A DNA stretch of 64,000 nt, from IMG/VR virus record IMGVR_UViG_3300044506_000040; one strand, 5' to 3'. This DNA comes from an uncultured virus (IMG/VR IMGVR_UViG_3300044506_000040) (lineage: Duplodnaviria; Heunggongvirae; Uroviricota; Caudoviricetes). Within the stretch, counting starts at the first letter, position 1, and each line of letters starts with the position of its first letter. Of the stretch, positions 18,403 through 27,620 are shown piece by piece. The position numbers and the translations under genes are program-made. The notes under the pieces are model-generated. The model saw nothing but the letters and a program-made list of their open reading frames with translations. It ran no database searches and was not told the DNA's origin.

Positions 18403-20727
18403 ATGACTGCACTTTTCACTGAAGGCTTCGAAGCGATCCTGGACCAGATGGACCTGATCAATCGAGGCCTCTTGATTCAAAACGCGGCACCCACGCTGGG
18501 TTCCGTGTGTAGCCAGGCGATCCCGTCTCGCACGGGCTACCCTGGCAAGGCGTTGTATCTGCGCGGTCCTTACAGTACGCTCACGGCGCAGCAGCCGATG
18601 GCAGGCGCTAACTGGACGGACTTCGGCATGATTCCGATGGGCCAGAGCATCAATGCCCTCTGGCAAGCCGGTGGCTTTGTGGTCGGCTTCAGTGCGGCGT
18701 ATAACGCGCAACAGTTTCTGGAGATTGCCCCGGGTGGTGCGTGTCAGCTTGCCTACGACGGCGCCGTCAATTACTGGGCCATCACCCGGAACAGTAGCTC
18801 GGGTGCCTGGGGCATTGCGTACTCCAGCGACTTGCAAAACTGGAACATCCCGCTCAGCACACCGGGTATCAATCAGGGCAGCCAGATCTCGGTGGTGGGT
18901 TCGGGCATCAATGCGACCATCATCGTCGGTAACACGGGGACGTACTCGGGCGCTGCTGCGGTCTACTCCATCAACATGGGCATGACGTGGAACGCCACGA
19001 ATAGCTCGGGTAACTACCGTGCACCCTGCGTGGTGCCGCCGGGCAACGGGAACGCTGCCTACCTGAGCATCCAGATCAGCGGTACGGCACTCACGATTTG
19101 CCCGGTGACCGCGCCCACGATGACGGCTGCGGTGGTGCCACTCACTACGGTGAACACGATTCCCAACGCGACGTATGACGCGGGCTTCTGTAAGTGCGAC
19201 GGGAAGTACTTCTTCGCCGTGGGCTATTCGGGTGCCGGGGGTGTGACGCCGAACCTGAATGGTGGCTATCCCAATAACGGCGTGTCCTTCTGCCCGGTGG
19301 GCTCGGACGTGACCGTGGCCGCCAACTGGAAGTCGACCGGTTATGCATTGCCGGGGCAGATCAGTGACGTGATCGTCTTTAACAACAACATCGTTGTCGC
19401 GGGCGTCGGTGGGGTGTACTACACACCACTTGCGAATCCGACGCAATGGAATCCCTCGCCGAGCTTCTACGGAACCAACGCCAAGGGTGCAGGTGCCTTC
19501 AACACGTGGGGCATCTACTCGCTGGCAAGCAACGGTTCGGTTCTGATCGCGGCCGGGCAAGACTACGCAACGCCGTCGATTGGCGCGATCTACCTCTCAA
19601 CGGATGGCATTAACTGGACCAAGCAGAACCAGTTCTTCTATTCGGGCAGCAGCTCGGGTATGGCACCCACGACGACCTTCACCAATGTGATCTGGGACGG
19701 CGCGCAGTTTGTCATGACGGGTGGCGAGAACAACGGCATGGTAGTCGTGTCGCCCGACGGTAAGGCCTGGGAAACCAAGTACGTGACGGATTATCCCGAG
19801 CAAGCGGGCACTGCCACGCAGGGTATGGCAGGCGTGTTCTTCGGGACCGTGAATCCGGTGACCAACATCTTCACGCCCTGGAATGCAGCGGGCGTAGGGA
19901 ACTACGTCAACGGACTGGGGTTGGTGACGACGGCAGCTTCAGGCGGTGGTCGAACGACGGGCGTGGCTGCCAGCTATGGTGCTGCCAACTTCGTGGTCGA
20001 ACAGAATATCGCCATCCCGTGTCCCTCGATTCCGCTGGGACAGCAGCCCGGGAGCGCCCTCACCAATTACTACGAACTGATCTTCACGGCATCGACTGCG
20101 GTGAATACGTTTGTCGCACAGTGGGCGGTCAACGGCACGGTGCAGACCCTCGTCTCGGGTGCTTGGCAGCTTGCACCGCCGACCGATACGACTGGGGTCA
20201 CGCAGCTGTTCTTTAACCTGCCACGCCAGGGGAACTTCAATGTCATCGACGACATTTACTTGACGACGATGAATGGAGCGAACAACGTGGGACGACTGGG
20301 ACCGCAAAGTGTCTTCGCGGTGGATCCGTCGACCGTAGTGGGTACGCCTGGGTTCTCCAACACCACTGGCACGCTTACGAATGCGCAGGTGGTGGCAACA
20401 GAGCTCGGCAATGCGGAGAACTATCTCTACGCCACGACGAAGAACAAGGCGGACACCTACCACACGACGAACACGGTTCCAGCCACGTTCAATGTGCGGG
20501 CACTGCAAGTGGATGCTGCGATGGGGGCACAGGGTCCGGGGCCGGCGCCAGCAGGCACGGTGGGCGTGGTGAGTGGCTCCGTCTCCAAGCAGAGTAACTC
20601 AGTCACACCCATGGCGGGTCTCACGAGTCGAGCATCGCTCTTCATGGAAACCGATCCGAACACCAATGCTGCGTTCACGGCCGCTGGCCTGAGTGCGCTG
20701 GAACTTACGATCACGAAAACCAATTAG
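18403..20727 (+). CDS. Asp-box beta-propeller virion/adhesin protein, paralog 2
   Basis: Same motif set and architecture as paralog 1. Confidence 0.78.
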   Translation: MTALFTEGFEAILDQMDLINRGLLIQNAAPTLGSVCSQAIPSRTGYPGKALYLRGPYSTLTAQQPMAGANWTDFGMIPMGQSINALWQAGGFVVGFSAAYNAQQFLEIAPGGACQLAYDGAVNYWAITRNSSSGAWGIAYSSDLQNWNIPLSTPGINQGSQISVVGSGINATIIVGNTGTYSGAAAVYSINMGMTWNATNSSGNYRAPCVVPPGNGNAAYLSIQISGTALTICPVTAPTMTAAVVPLTTVNTIPNATYDAGFCKCDGKYFFAVGYSGAGGVTPNLNGGYPNNGVSFCPVGSDVTVAANWKSTGYALPGQISDVIVFNNNIVVAGVGGVYYTPLANPTQWNPSPSFYGTNAKGAGAFNTWGIYSLASNGSVLIAAGQDYATPSIGAIYLSTDGINWTKQNQFFYSGSSSGMAPTTTFTNVIWDGAQFVMTGGENNGMVVVSPDGKAWETKYVTDYPEQAGTATQGMAGVFFGTVNPVTNIFTPWNAAGVGNYVNGLGLVTTAASGGGRTTGVAASYGAANFVVEQNIAIPCPSIPLGQQPGSALTNYYELIFTASTAVNTFVAQWAVNGTVQTLVSGAWQLAPPTDTTGVTQLFFNLPRQGNFNVIDDIYLTTMNGANNVGRLGPQSVFAVDPSTVVGTPGFSNTTGTLTNAQVVATELGNAENYLYATTKNKADTYHTTNTVPATFNVRALQVDAAMGAQGPGPAPAGTVGVVSGSVSKQSNSVTPMAGLTSRASLFMETDPNTNAAFTAAGLSALELTITKTN

Positions 20728-20735
20728 AGGTCAGT

Positions 20736-23000
20736 ATGAGTGTTGTGTTTTGCGAAGGCTTCGAGACCTCTGCCGATCAACCAGATGTGTATGCCCGGGG
20801 GTTGCTCTCGAGCACAAACCCAGTCACCGTCTCGGGAATGGGTGTGCTGCCGCTGCCTTCGCGCAGTGGTGCAGCAGGCACAGGCTTGATGTTGCGGGGT
20901 CCATACTCGGCAGCCACCACCCTACCCTGCGTGGCTGCGGCGACGCCGGACTATGGACTGTTGTCGCTGAATCAATCGGTCAACGCGTTGTGGAATGCGG
21001 GTGGCTTTAGCCTGGGGTTCAGTGCGAGTTTTAATAGCCTGAACACCTTGCAGGTTGCGTCGACCTACCCGCGTCAGTTGGCCTACGACGGTGCTCAGTA
21101 CTACTGGGCCATCACGTACAACGGCAGTGCGTACGGGGTTGCGTATTCCACGGACCTGAAGAACTGGACACCGGTGACGGCGCCTGGTTTTGTGGGGGTG
21201 AACTCCAGCATTCAGATCGTGGGGTCGGGTTCGTCGGCCACATTGATCGTCAGTAGCTCGGCGTGTTCTGTGACGGAGCTGTCGTACTACTCGACGAACT
21301 TCGGCAGCACGTGGACGGCGTTTGCGCAGGCAGTGACGAACTCCAACTTCGCGTACGCTTACACGGGTAACGCCACGACGCCCTACATCTCGGTGTCGTA
21401 TAACGCGGGCTGGAAGGTCTTCCCGTTCACGTCGTTGGCTTCGGCCGCGGGGGCTGCACTCACCTCACCGATGCTGGTGACGGGTGTGGCGTATGGTAAC
21501 TCCATGATCAAGCTGGTCAATGGCGTCATCATCATCATGGGGACGAACACCCCGAGCAACCCGACCTATCCGACGACGGGTACATCGTACTTCAGTTCCT
21601 GTCTGAGCGCCAACAATCCGGCAACGCCGGCGAACTGGTCCGCCATCACGTCGTGTCCGGGACAGATGGCAGACGTTACCTTCTTCAACAACAAGTGGTT
21701 TGTGTCGGGCTACGGTGGTATCTATTCTTCACCTCAGCTGGGTACGCCGTCTGCGGTGCAAGGGCCGGCTGGCCCCTGGACACAGGTGTTCTCGACGACC
21801 ACGAACATCGCGTCTTCCATTGCGACGAATGGTTCCGTGATCATCGCAGTGGGTCAGGATGTGAACAGCCCGTACATTGGTGCGCTCTACACCTCGACGG
21901 ACGGTGTGACGTGGACCAAGTCGAATCGCTTCCAGCTTAACAGCGCCAACATCACCAATGGCGCCTGGATTCCGGTGGTGATGTGGGACGGTAGTCGCTT
22001 TGTCATGACGGGTGGCCTGAGCAACAACTGGATCGCGACCTCTCCCGATGCTATCAATTGGTCGGTGGTGTACGCCACCGATTATCCTGAGACGGCAGGC
22101 ACGGCCACGCTTTCGTTTCCGGGGGTGTACTCCGGCACGCAGAATCCGGCCACGGGCATCTTCACCCCGTGGGGTACGGCTGCTGGTAACGTCGCCGCAG
22201 TTGGGTTCACCTCGGGCGCGGCGGCCAGTAGTGCGCGTACGGTGACGGCCGCAACAGTGACTGCGGGGGCAAGTGCCAATAGTGCGCTGTCGACTTCGCT
22301 GTCGGCGGTGGGTGCAACGATCGGTCAGCAACCACCGAGTACCCTCACGCACTACTACGAGTTGGTGTTCACCCCGGTGCCGGGACAGCCGAACATGTTC
22401 GCGGTGCAGGCCGTTGTGGATAACAACGTGCTGGGCTACATGGGGAACTACCAGTTCGCGGCGCCTACGGACACGGGGCTGAGTCAGCTGTTCTTTAACC
22501 TGCCCCGTAACGGCAACTTCACGGTCATCGATGACATCTATCTGACCAATGCTCAAGGCACGTATCACAACAGTCGACTGGGGACGCAACATATCTACCC
22601 GGCGGTGGCGAGCTCCGATGTGCAGGATCAGTTGACGGCCTCGAGTGGTGCGAATAACGCCGCGGTGGCTGGTGCGCTGTCGAACTCCGAAGGCTATGTC
22701 TACGCTACTTCGGGTGTGGTGCAAGACATCTACGGCATTACGTCGAGTGCCCCGTCGAGTGGCGCATCCGTGAACGCGGTGCAGGTGGAGGGCTTCCTCT
22801 CCTCGTATGGCACGGGCACGTCGTCCAAGGGCCAAGTGGGACTGCAAAGTAATGGCCATCAAGCCGTGGGCAACATCGTCACCACGAACAACTCGCCAAC
22901 GCGAGCGATTGCCCTGGTGGAACTGGATCCGAATACGGGTCTGCCTTGGACGCTCGCAGCGGCGGCCGCTCTGGACCTCGTGGTGGGCAAGACTTCTTAA
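20736..23000 (+). CDS. Asp-box beta-propeller virion/adhesin protein, paralog 3
   Basis: Same motif set; own RBS GAGG. Confidence 0.78.
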   Translation: MSVVFCEGFETSADQPDVYARGLLSSTNPVTVSGMGVLPLPSRSGAAGTGLMLRGPYSAATTLPCVAAATPDYGLLSLNQSVNALWNAGGFSLGFSASFNSLNTLQVASTYPRQLAYDGAQYYWAITYNGSAYGVAYSTDLKNWTPVTAPGFVGVNSSIQIVGSGSSATLIVSSSACSVTELSYYSTNFGSTWTAFAQAVTNSNFAYAYTGNATTPYISVSYNAGWKVFPFTSLASAAGAALTSPMLVTGVAYGNSMIKLVNGVIIIMGTNTPSNPTYPTTGTSYFSSCLSANNPATPANWSAITSCPGQMADVTFFNNKWFVSGYGGIYSSPQLGTPSAVQGPAGPWTQVFSTTTNIASSIATNGSVIIAVGQDVNSPYIGALYTSTDGVTWTKSNRFQLNSANITNGAWIPVVMWDGSRFVMTGGLSNNWIATSPDAINWSVVYATDYPETAGTATLSFPGVYSGTQNPATGIFTPWGTAAGNVAAVGFTSGAAASSARTVTAATVTAGASANSALSTSLSAVGATIGQQPPSTLTHYYELVFTPVPGQPNMFAVQAVVDNNVLGYMGNYQFAAPTDTGLSQLFFNLPRNGNFTVIDDIYLTNAQGTYHNSRLGTQHIYPAVASSDVQDQLTASSGANNAAVAGALSNSEGYVYATSGVVQDIYGITSSAPSSGASVNAVQVEGFLSSYGTGTSSKGQVGLQSNGHQAVGNIVTTNNSPTRAIALVELDPNTGLPWTLAAAAALDLVVGKTS

Positions 23001-23012
23001 AGAGGAATCAAC

Positions 23013-25286
23013 ATGTCGGTTTTGTTTGTAGAAGGTTTTGAAACCTCAGCCGACCAGACGGACGTCAACAAGAAGGGCCTGCTCACCTGCACCACGGCAG
23101 CGCAGTCGGGGGCGGGCGTGATCCCGATCCCCTCTCGCACGGGTGTCGCGGGTATTGGTCTCTTCTTGCGCGGTCCCTATGGCGGTAACACGGGTCAACC
23201 GTGTAATGCAGCGACGGTCTCTGACTTCGGATTGATCTCGTTGAATCAAAGCGTGTACTCCCTGTGGCAAGCAGGGGGCTTTGCAGTCGGCGTCAACGCA
23301 AGCTTCAATAGCCTGAATACGTTTCAGGTGGCGCCCGGTGATGTGGGGCAGCTCGTCTATGACGGGGCAACCAATTACTGGGCCATCTGTTATACGGGGA
23401 GCGCCTATGTCGTGGCGTACTCGACGGACTTGAAGAACTGGACCCAGACGACGGCGCAGCCGGCGACTATCAACATCACGTCCTCGATCTGTGTGACGGG
23501 TAGCGGTAGCAGTGCGACCATCTTGGTGAACAACACCGCGTCGAGTTCGACGGGTACCAACACGTACTACTCGACGAATATGGGTGGCACGTGGGCAACC
23601 ATGAATCAGGTCAATGCCAACTGGGGCACGGTCATTCCGACCACCAACGCGAATGCTCCATTCGTGGGCCTGGCATGGGTCAACACGGTGGGCTACAAGC
23701 TCTACTTCTACACGTCGGTCAGTGGTTCGCAAACGCTGGTGGCCTCGTCCCCGGTGATTGTGGTGGCACCCTCGAACTTCATCTACGCCATTGGTAAACA
23801 GTCCAATGGCTTGATCATGCTCGCAGGTTCCAAGACGGCAGCCGGCGGTAACTTCCCAGTCACGGGGAACGTCTCGCAGGTCACGACCTGTTTGGCCTCG
23901 AACAATCCGTCGCTCGTGGGCAACTGGATTCAGTTGGCAGCCAGTCCCCAGATGCTTAACGATCTGATTTACTTCAATGGCTACGTCATTGGCGTGGGGT
24001 ATGGCGGACTCTGGTACAACAGCAACACAGCTGCATCCGCATGGACGCTGGGTACGGGCTTTGCGAGCGGTAGCACGAACGTGGTCTCTGCGATCGCCAC
24101 CAATGGTTCCATCGCGGTGGCTGTCGGAACCGATCCCACTGTGGCCGGTAGTGGCGCCATCTGGACGAGCACGAACGGGACGACCTGGACGAAGGCTAAC
24201 CGGTTTATCTTCAACGGAGCAGCAGCGACATCCAGTGCAGTCCTCACCAGTGTGACGTGGGATGGGACGCGCTTCATTGCCACGGGTGGCCTGAACAGTA
24301 ATGTGGTGGCGACATCCACGGATGGGATTTCGTGGTACGTCATCAGTGCGACGGATTACGCGGAAGCCGCAACGGGGTTGACGAGTATGGCGTTCCTGGG
24401 TGTGTTCTCGGGAACCCAGAGTCCATCGACCGGCATCTTTACGCCGTGGGGCACAGCGGCTGGCAATACGTCCGGCGCGGGCTTCACGTGTTCGACGTCG
24501 TCGGGTGGGACACGGACTGTCACTGCGGCTGCTGTCACAGCGAATGCCTTGGTGAATGGCTCGAGTCTGAGTGTGTCGGCTGTCGCCGCTGCGTTGGGTG
24601 CACAGCCTCCTGCCACGCTCTCGCACTACTACGAACTGGTCTTCACGGCTGTCGCGGGCACGCCTAACCTCTTTAACGTCGTGGCGTTGATCGATGGCGT
24701 GAGTGTGGGGACATTGGTGGGTCAGTTGCAGATGGCGGCGACTACCGATACGACGGGTGTTTCTCAGGCCTTCCTGAATCTGCCACGCTCGGGCTGCTTC
24801 ACCCAGGTGGATGACATCTATCTGACCAACTTCTCGGGGGCGTATCACAACGGTCGACTGGGCACGCAACGCATCTACCCGATCGTTGCAAGCTCGGATG
24901 TGAGCGATCAGCTGACCACGAGTAACAATGGCGCGACCAACTCCAACACGGTCAACGCCGAGCTCTCCAACGCGGAAGGGTATGTGTACTCGACTGCCAC
25001 CACAGCGCAAGACATCTATGGGACGACGAACGCAGTGCCGTCTTCTGGGGTGAGTATCAACGCGGTGCAGATGGAAGGGTTCCTGGCGACCTACAACGGG
25101 TCTTCGCCTTCCACGGGGCAGATTGGCGTGCAAAGCAATGGCAAGCAATCGCTGGGCGTGAGCCTCACAACCTCGGGGGCACCCACGCGCGCTGTGGCAC
25201 TTGTCGAGCTTGATCCGAACACCAATGCGCCTTGGACGAATTCTGGCTTAAATGCTGTGGATATCGTCGTCGCAAAGACTTCTTAA
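23013..25286 (+). CDS. Asp-box beta-propeller virion/adhesin protein, paralog 4
   Basis: Same motif set; own RBS GAGGA. Confidence 0.78.
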   Translation: MSVLFVEGFETSADQTDVNKKGLLTCTTAAQSGAGVIPIPSRTGVAGIGLFLRGPYGGNTGQPCNAATVSDFGLISLNQSVYSLWQAGGFAVGVNASFNSLNTFQVAPGDVGQLVYDGATNYWAICYTGSAYVVAYSTDLKNWTQTTAQPATINITSSICVTGSGSSATILVNNTASSSTGTNTYYSTNMGGTWATMNQVNANWGTVIPTTNANAPFVGLAWVNTVGYKLYFYTSVSGSQTLVASSPVIVVAPSNFIYAIGKQSNGLIMLAGSKTAAGGNFPVTGNVSQVTTCLASNNPSLVGNWIQLAASPQMLNDLIYFNGYVIGVGYGGLWYNSNTAASAWTLGTGFASGSTNVVSAIATNGSIAVAVGTDPTVAGSGAIWTSTNGTTWTKANRFIFNGAAATSSAVLTSVTWDGTRFIATGGLNSNVVATSTDGISWYVISATDYAEAATGLTSMAFLGVFSGTQSPSTGIFTPWGTAAGNTSGAGFTCSTSSGGTRTVTAAAVTANALVNGSSLSVSAVAAALGAQPPATLSHYYELVFTAVAGTPNLFNVVALIDGVSVGTLVGQLQMAATTDTTGVSQAFLNLPRSGCFTQVDDIYLTNFSGAYHNGRLGTQRIYPIVASSDVSDQLTTSNNGATNSNTVNAELSNAEGYVYSTATTAQDIYGTTNAVPSSGVSINAVQMEGFLATYNGSSPSTGQIGVQSNGKQSLGVSLTTSGAPTRAVALVELDPNTNAPWTNSGLNAVDIVVAKTS

Positions 25287-25298
25287 AGTGAGATCAAC

Positions 25299-27611
25299 AT
25301 GTCTGTTTTGTATTTCGAAGGGTTCGAGACGTGCGCGGATGAAACCGATGTGGTTTACCGCGGCTGGGATCTCGACCAGACTGCGAGCTTGAGCGGTCAG
25401 AACGTACTGCCGCTGCCCGCCCGTAACGGCGTGGCCAACACCATCGGGCTGATGCTGCGTGGTCCGTACACGACGGGCTCGCTCACCTACGCGCCGAACT
25501 CGGGCAACCCGGACTTCGGTCTGAAGGATCTGGGCCAGTCGATCTATTCGCTCTGGCAAGCGGGTGGTTTCTCCATCGGCTTCAATGCCACGTTCAACAA
25601 GACGATTCAGCTGCAAGTCGCGCCAAGCAACCCGCAGCAGATTCGTTACGATGGCAGCACGTATTACTGGGCGATCTGTCTGAATGCTGCCACCTACGTG
25701 GTGTGCTACTCGTCGGATCTCCAGAACTGGATTCAGTGCCCAACGCAGCCGACGGCCATTGGTCAGCAATCGACCATCACGATTTCGGGTTCGGGTTCGA
25801 GCGCGACGGTGATCGTGTCGAACAGCATGAACAGCTTGGCCAACGCCATCTACTACACGACCAACATGGGTCTGACGTGGACGGCCTCGGCTGCCATCAC
25901 CAACCCGAAGTACCTCGTGGCAACGGGCAACAGTGCTGCGCCCTTCATCCTGCCGTATTCGTCGGGCACGGGTCTGGGCGTAGGCTTGCTCTCGAGCGCG
26001 TTGGCATTTACGGCCATCAGTGCGACGCAGCTGGTCGCTACGGGTGCGAACTCGACCGGTGCTGCGAAGCTCGTCAATGGTGTCGTGATGACTTGGGGGA
26101 CGACGGGTACGGCCCTGACAAGCATCACGGGTGCAATCAACACGTACTTCTCGTGGATTCAGGCGAACAACTCGGGGATCGCAACCGCTGCGAACTGGAC
26201 GGCGGGCAGCTCACTGCCAGGCTTCCAGATTGCCGACATGACCTACATCAACGGCTACTGGGTAGCGGTGGGTTATGGTGGTATCTATATCGCCACGCAA
26301 TCGGGGACGGCCGGTAACGTGCTCGGACCGACGGCCGCTTGGTCGAACGTGGTGCAGGTAGCGAGCGCTGCGGTGTTCAGCTGCGATGTGAATACGGCAG
26401 GCACCGTGGCAGTGGCTGTGGGTCACGATGCCGTGACGAACGCCTCGGCTATCTACTACACGAACAACGGTACGAGCTGGACGAAGGTGGATCGCTTCCT
26501 CTTCCAAGAGCCGAGCGCCGTGCAGAACAACACGTTCACGAACGTCTTCTGGGACGGTCACCGCTTCGTGCTCACGGGTGGTTTGAACAACAACGTGATC
26601 GCCGTGTCGACCGACGGTATTGCGTGGAACGCGCTCTACTACCCGGACTACACGGAAGCCGCCGGCACGACCAGTGGTAACGTGGCAGGTGTCTACTCGG
26701 GTACGCTCACCGCGGGTACGTATCTGGACACGACCTCGTCGACGTCGAACGCGGGTTCGTTCGTGCCCTGGAGCACGGCCACGACCGCGGGCTTCGCTTC
26801 GGGTCTGGGCTTCACGGTAGGTGCAGCCACGCAGGGTCTGAACGTGATCACGCGTACGGTGCAGGGGATTGCGCTCGCAGGTGCTACGACTGGCATGACG
26901 CTGACCAACGTGGCCAACGCCGCGCAGAACATCCCGTGTACGGGTAACCTGACGAACTACTACGAGATCATCGCAACAGCGGTCCCGGGTACGACGAACC
27001 AGTTCACGGTGCAGTACGCCATCAACGGCGTGGTCCTGCCGGGTACGCAAACGGCACAGTTCGCGGCCACTACCGATACGACGGGTGCTTCTCGCCTGCT
27101 GTTCAACTTGCCGCAGACTGGTAACTTCGTGATGATCGACGACATCTATCTCACGAACTTCGCCGGGACGATCGGTGTGGGTCAGCTGGGTCCCCAGGTC
27201 GTGATGCCGCTGGCTTTGGCTGGCGACGTGAGCGACCAGCTCACCAACAGCATCAACGGCAACACCAACGCGAAGACGGTGAATACGCCGCTCTCGAACT
27301 CCGAGGGTTACGTGTACTCCAGCACGCCGGGGGTGAAGGACACCTACAGCACGAGCAACACCGTGCCGGCAAGTTACAAGATCAATGCCGTGCAGGTCGA
27401 AGGCTTCTTCGCTGCTTACGGTCCGATCGGCGCGAACTGCCAGATTCAGATGAGCAGCAACGGTCAGGTGGTCGCGGGTAACACGGTGGCTGCCAACAGT
27501 GCGACGCCGCTCTTCTCGGCTGCGCTCTCGCAGGTCGACCCGAACACTGGCGCGGCCTGGACCGCAGCGGGCTTGAACGCCTTGAATGTGGTGGCGAACA
27601 AGATCAACTAA
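25299..27611 (+). CDS. Asp-box beta-propeller virion/adhesin protein, paralog 5
   Basis: Same motif set. Confidence 0.78.
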   Translation: MSVLYFEGFETCADETDVVYRGWDLDQTASLSGQNVLPLPARNGVANTIGLMLRGPYTTGSLTYAPNSGNPDFGLKDLGQSIYSLWQAGGFSIGFNATFNKTIQLQVAPSNPQQIRYDGSTYYWAICLNAATYVVCYSSDLQNWIQCPTQPTAIGQQSTITISGSGSSATVIVSNSMNSLANAIYYTTNMGLTWTASAAITNPKYLVATGNSAAPFILPYSSGTGLGVGLLSSALAFTAISATQLVATGANSTGAAKLVNGVVMTWGTTGTALTSITGAINTYFSWIQANNSGIATAANWTAGSSLPGFQIADMTYINGYWVAVGYGGIYIATQSGTAGNVLGPTAAWSNVVQVASAAVFSCDVNTAGTVAVAVGHDAVTNASAIYYTNNGTSWTKVDRFLFQEPSAVQNNTFTNVFWDGHRFVLTGGLNNNVIAVSTDGIAWNALYYPDYTEAAGTTSGNVAGVYSGTLTAGTYLDTTSSTSNAGSFVPWSTATTAGFASGLGFTVGAATQGLNVITRTVQGIALAGATTGMTLTNVANAAQNIPCTGNLTNYYEIIATAVPGTTNQFTVQYAINGVVLPGTQTAQFAATTDTTGASRLLFNLPQTGNFVMIDDIYLTNFAGTIGVGQLGPQVVMPLALAGDVSDQLTNSINGNTNAKTVNTPLSNSEGYVYSSTPGVKDTYSTSNTVPASYKINAVQVEGFFAAYGPIGANCQIQMSSNGQVVAGNTVAANSATPLFSAALSQVDPNTGAAWTAAGLNALNVVANKIN

Positions 27612-27620
27612 GAGGTACGT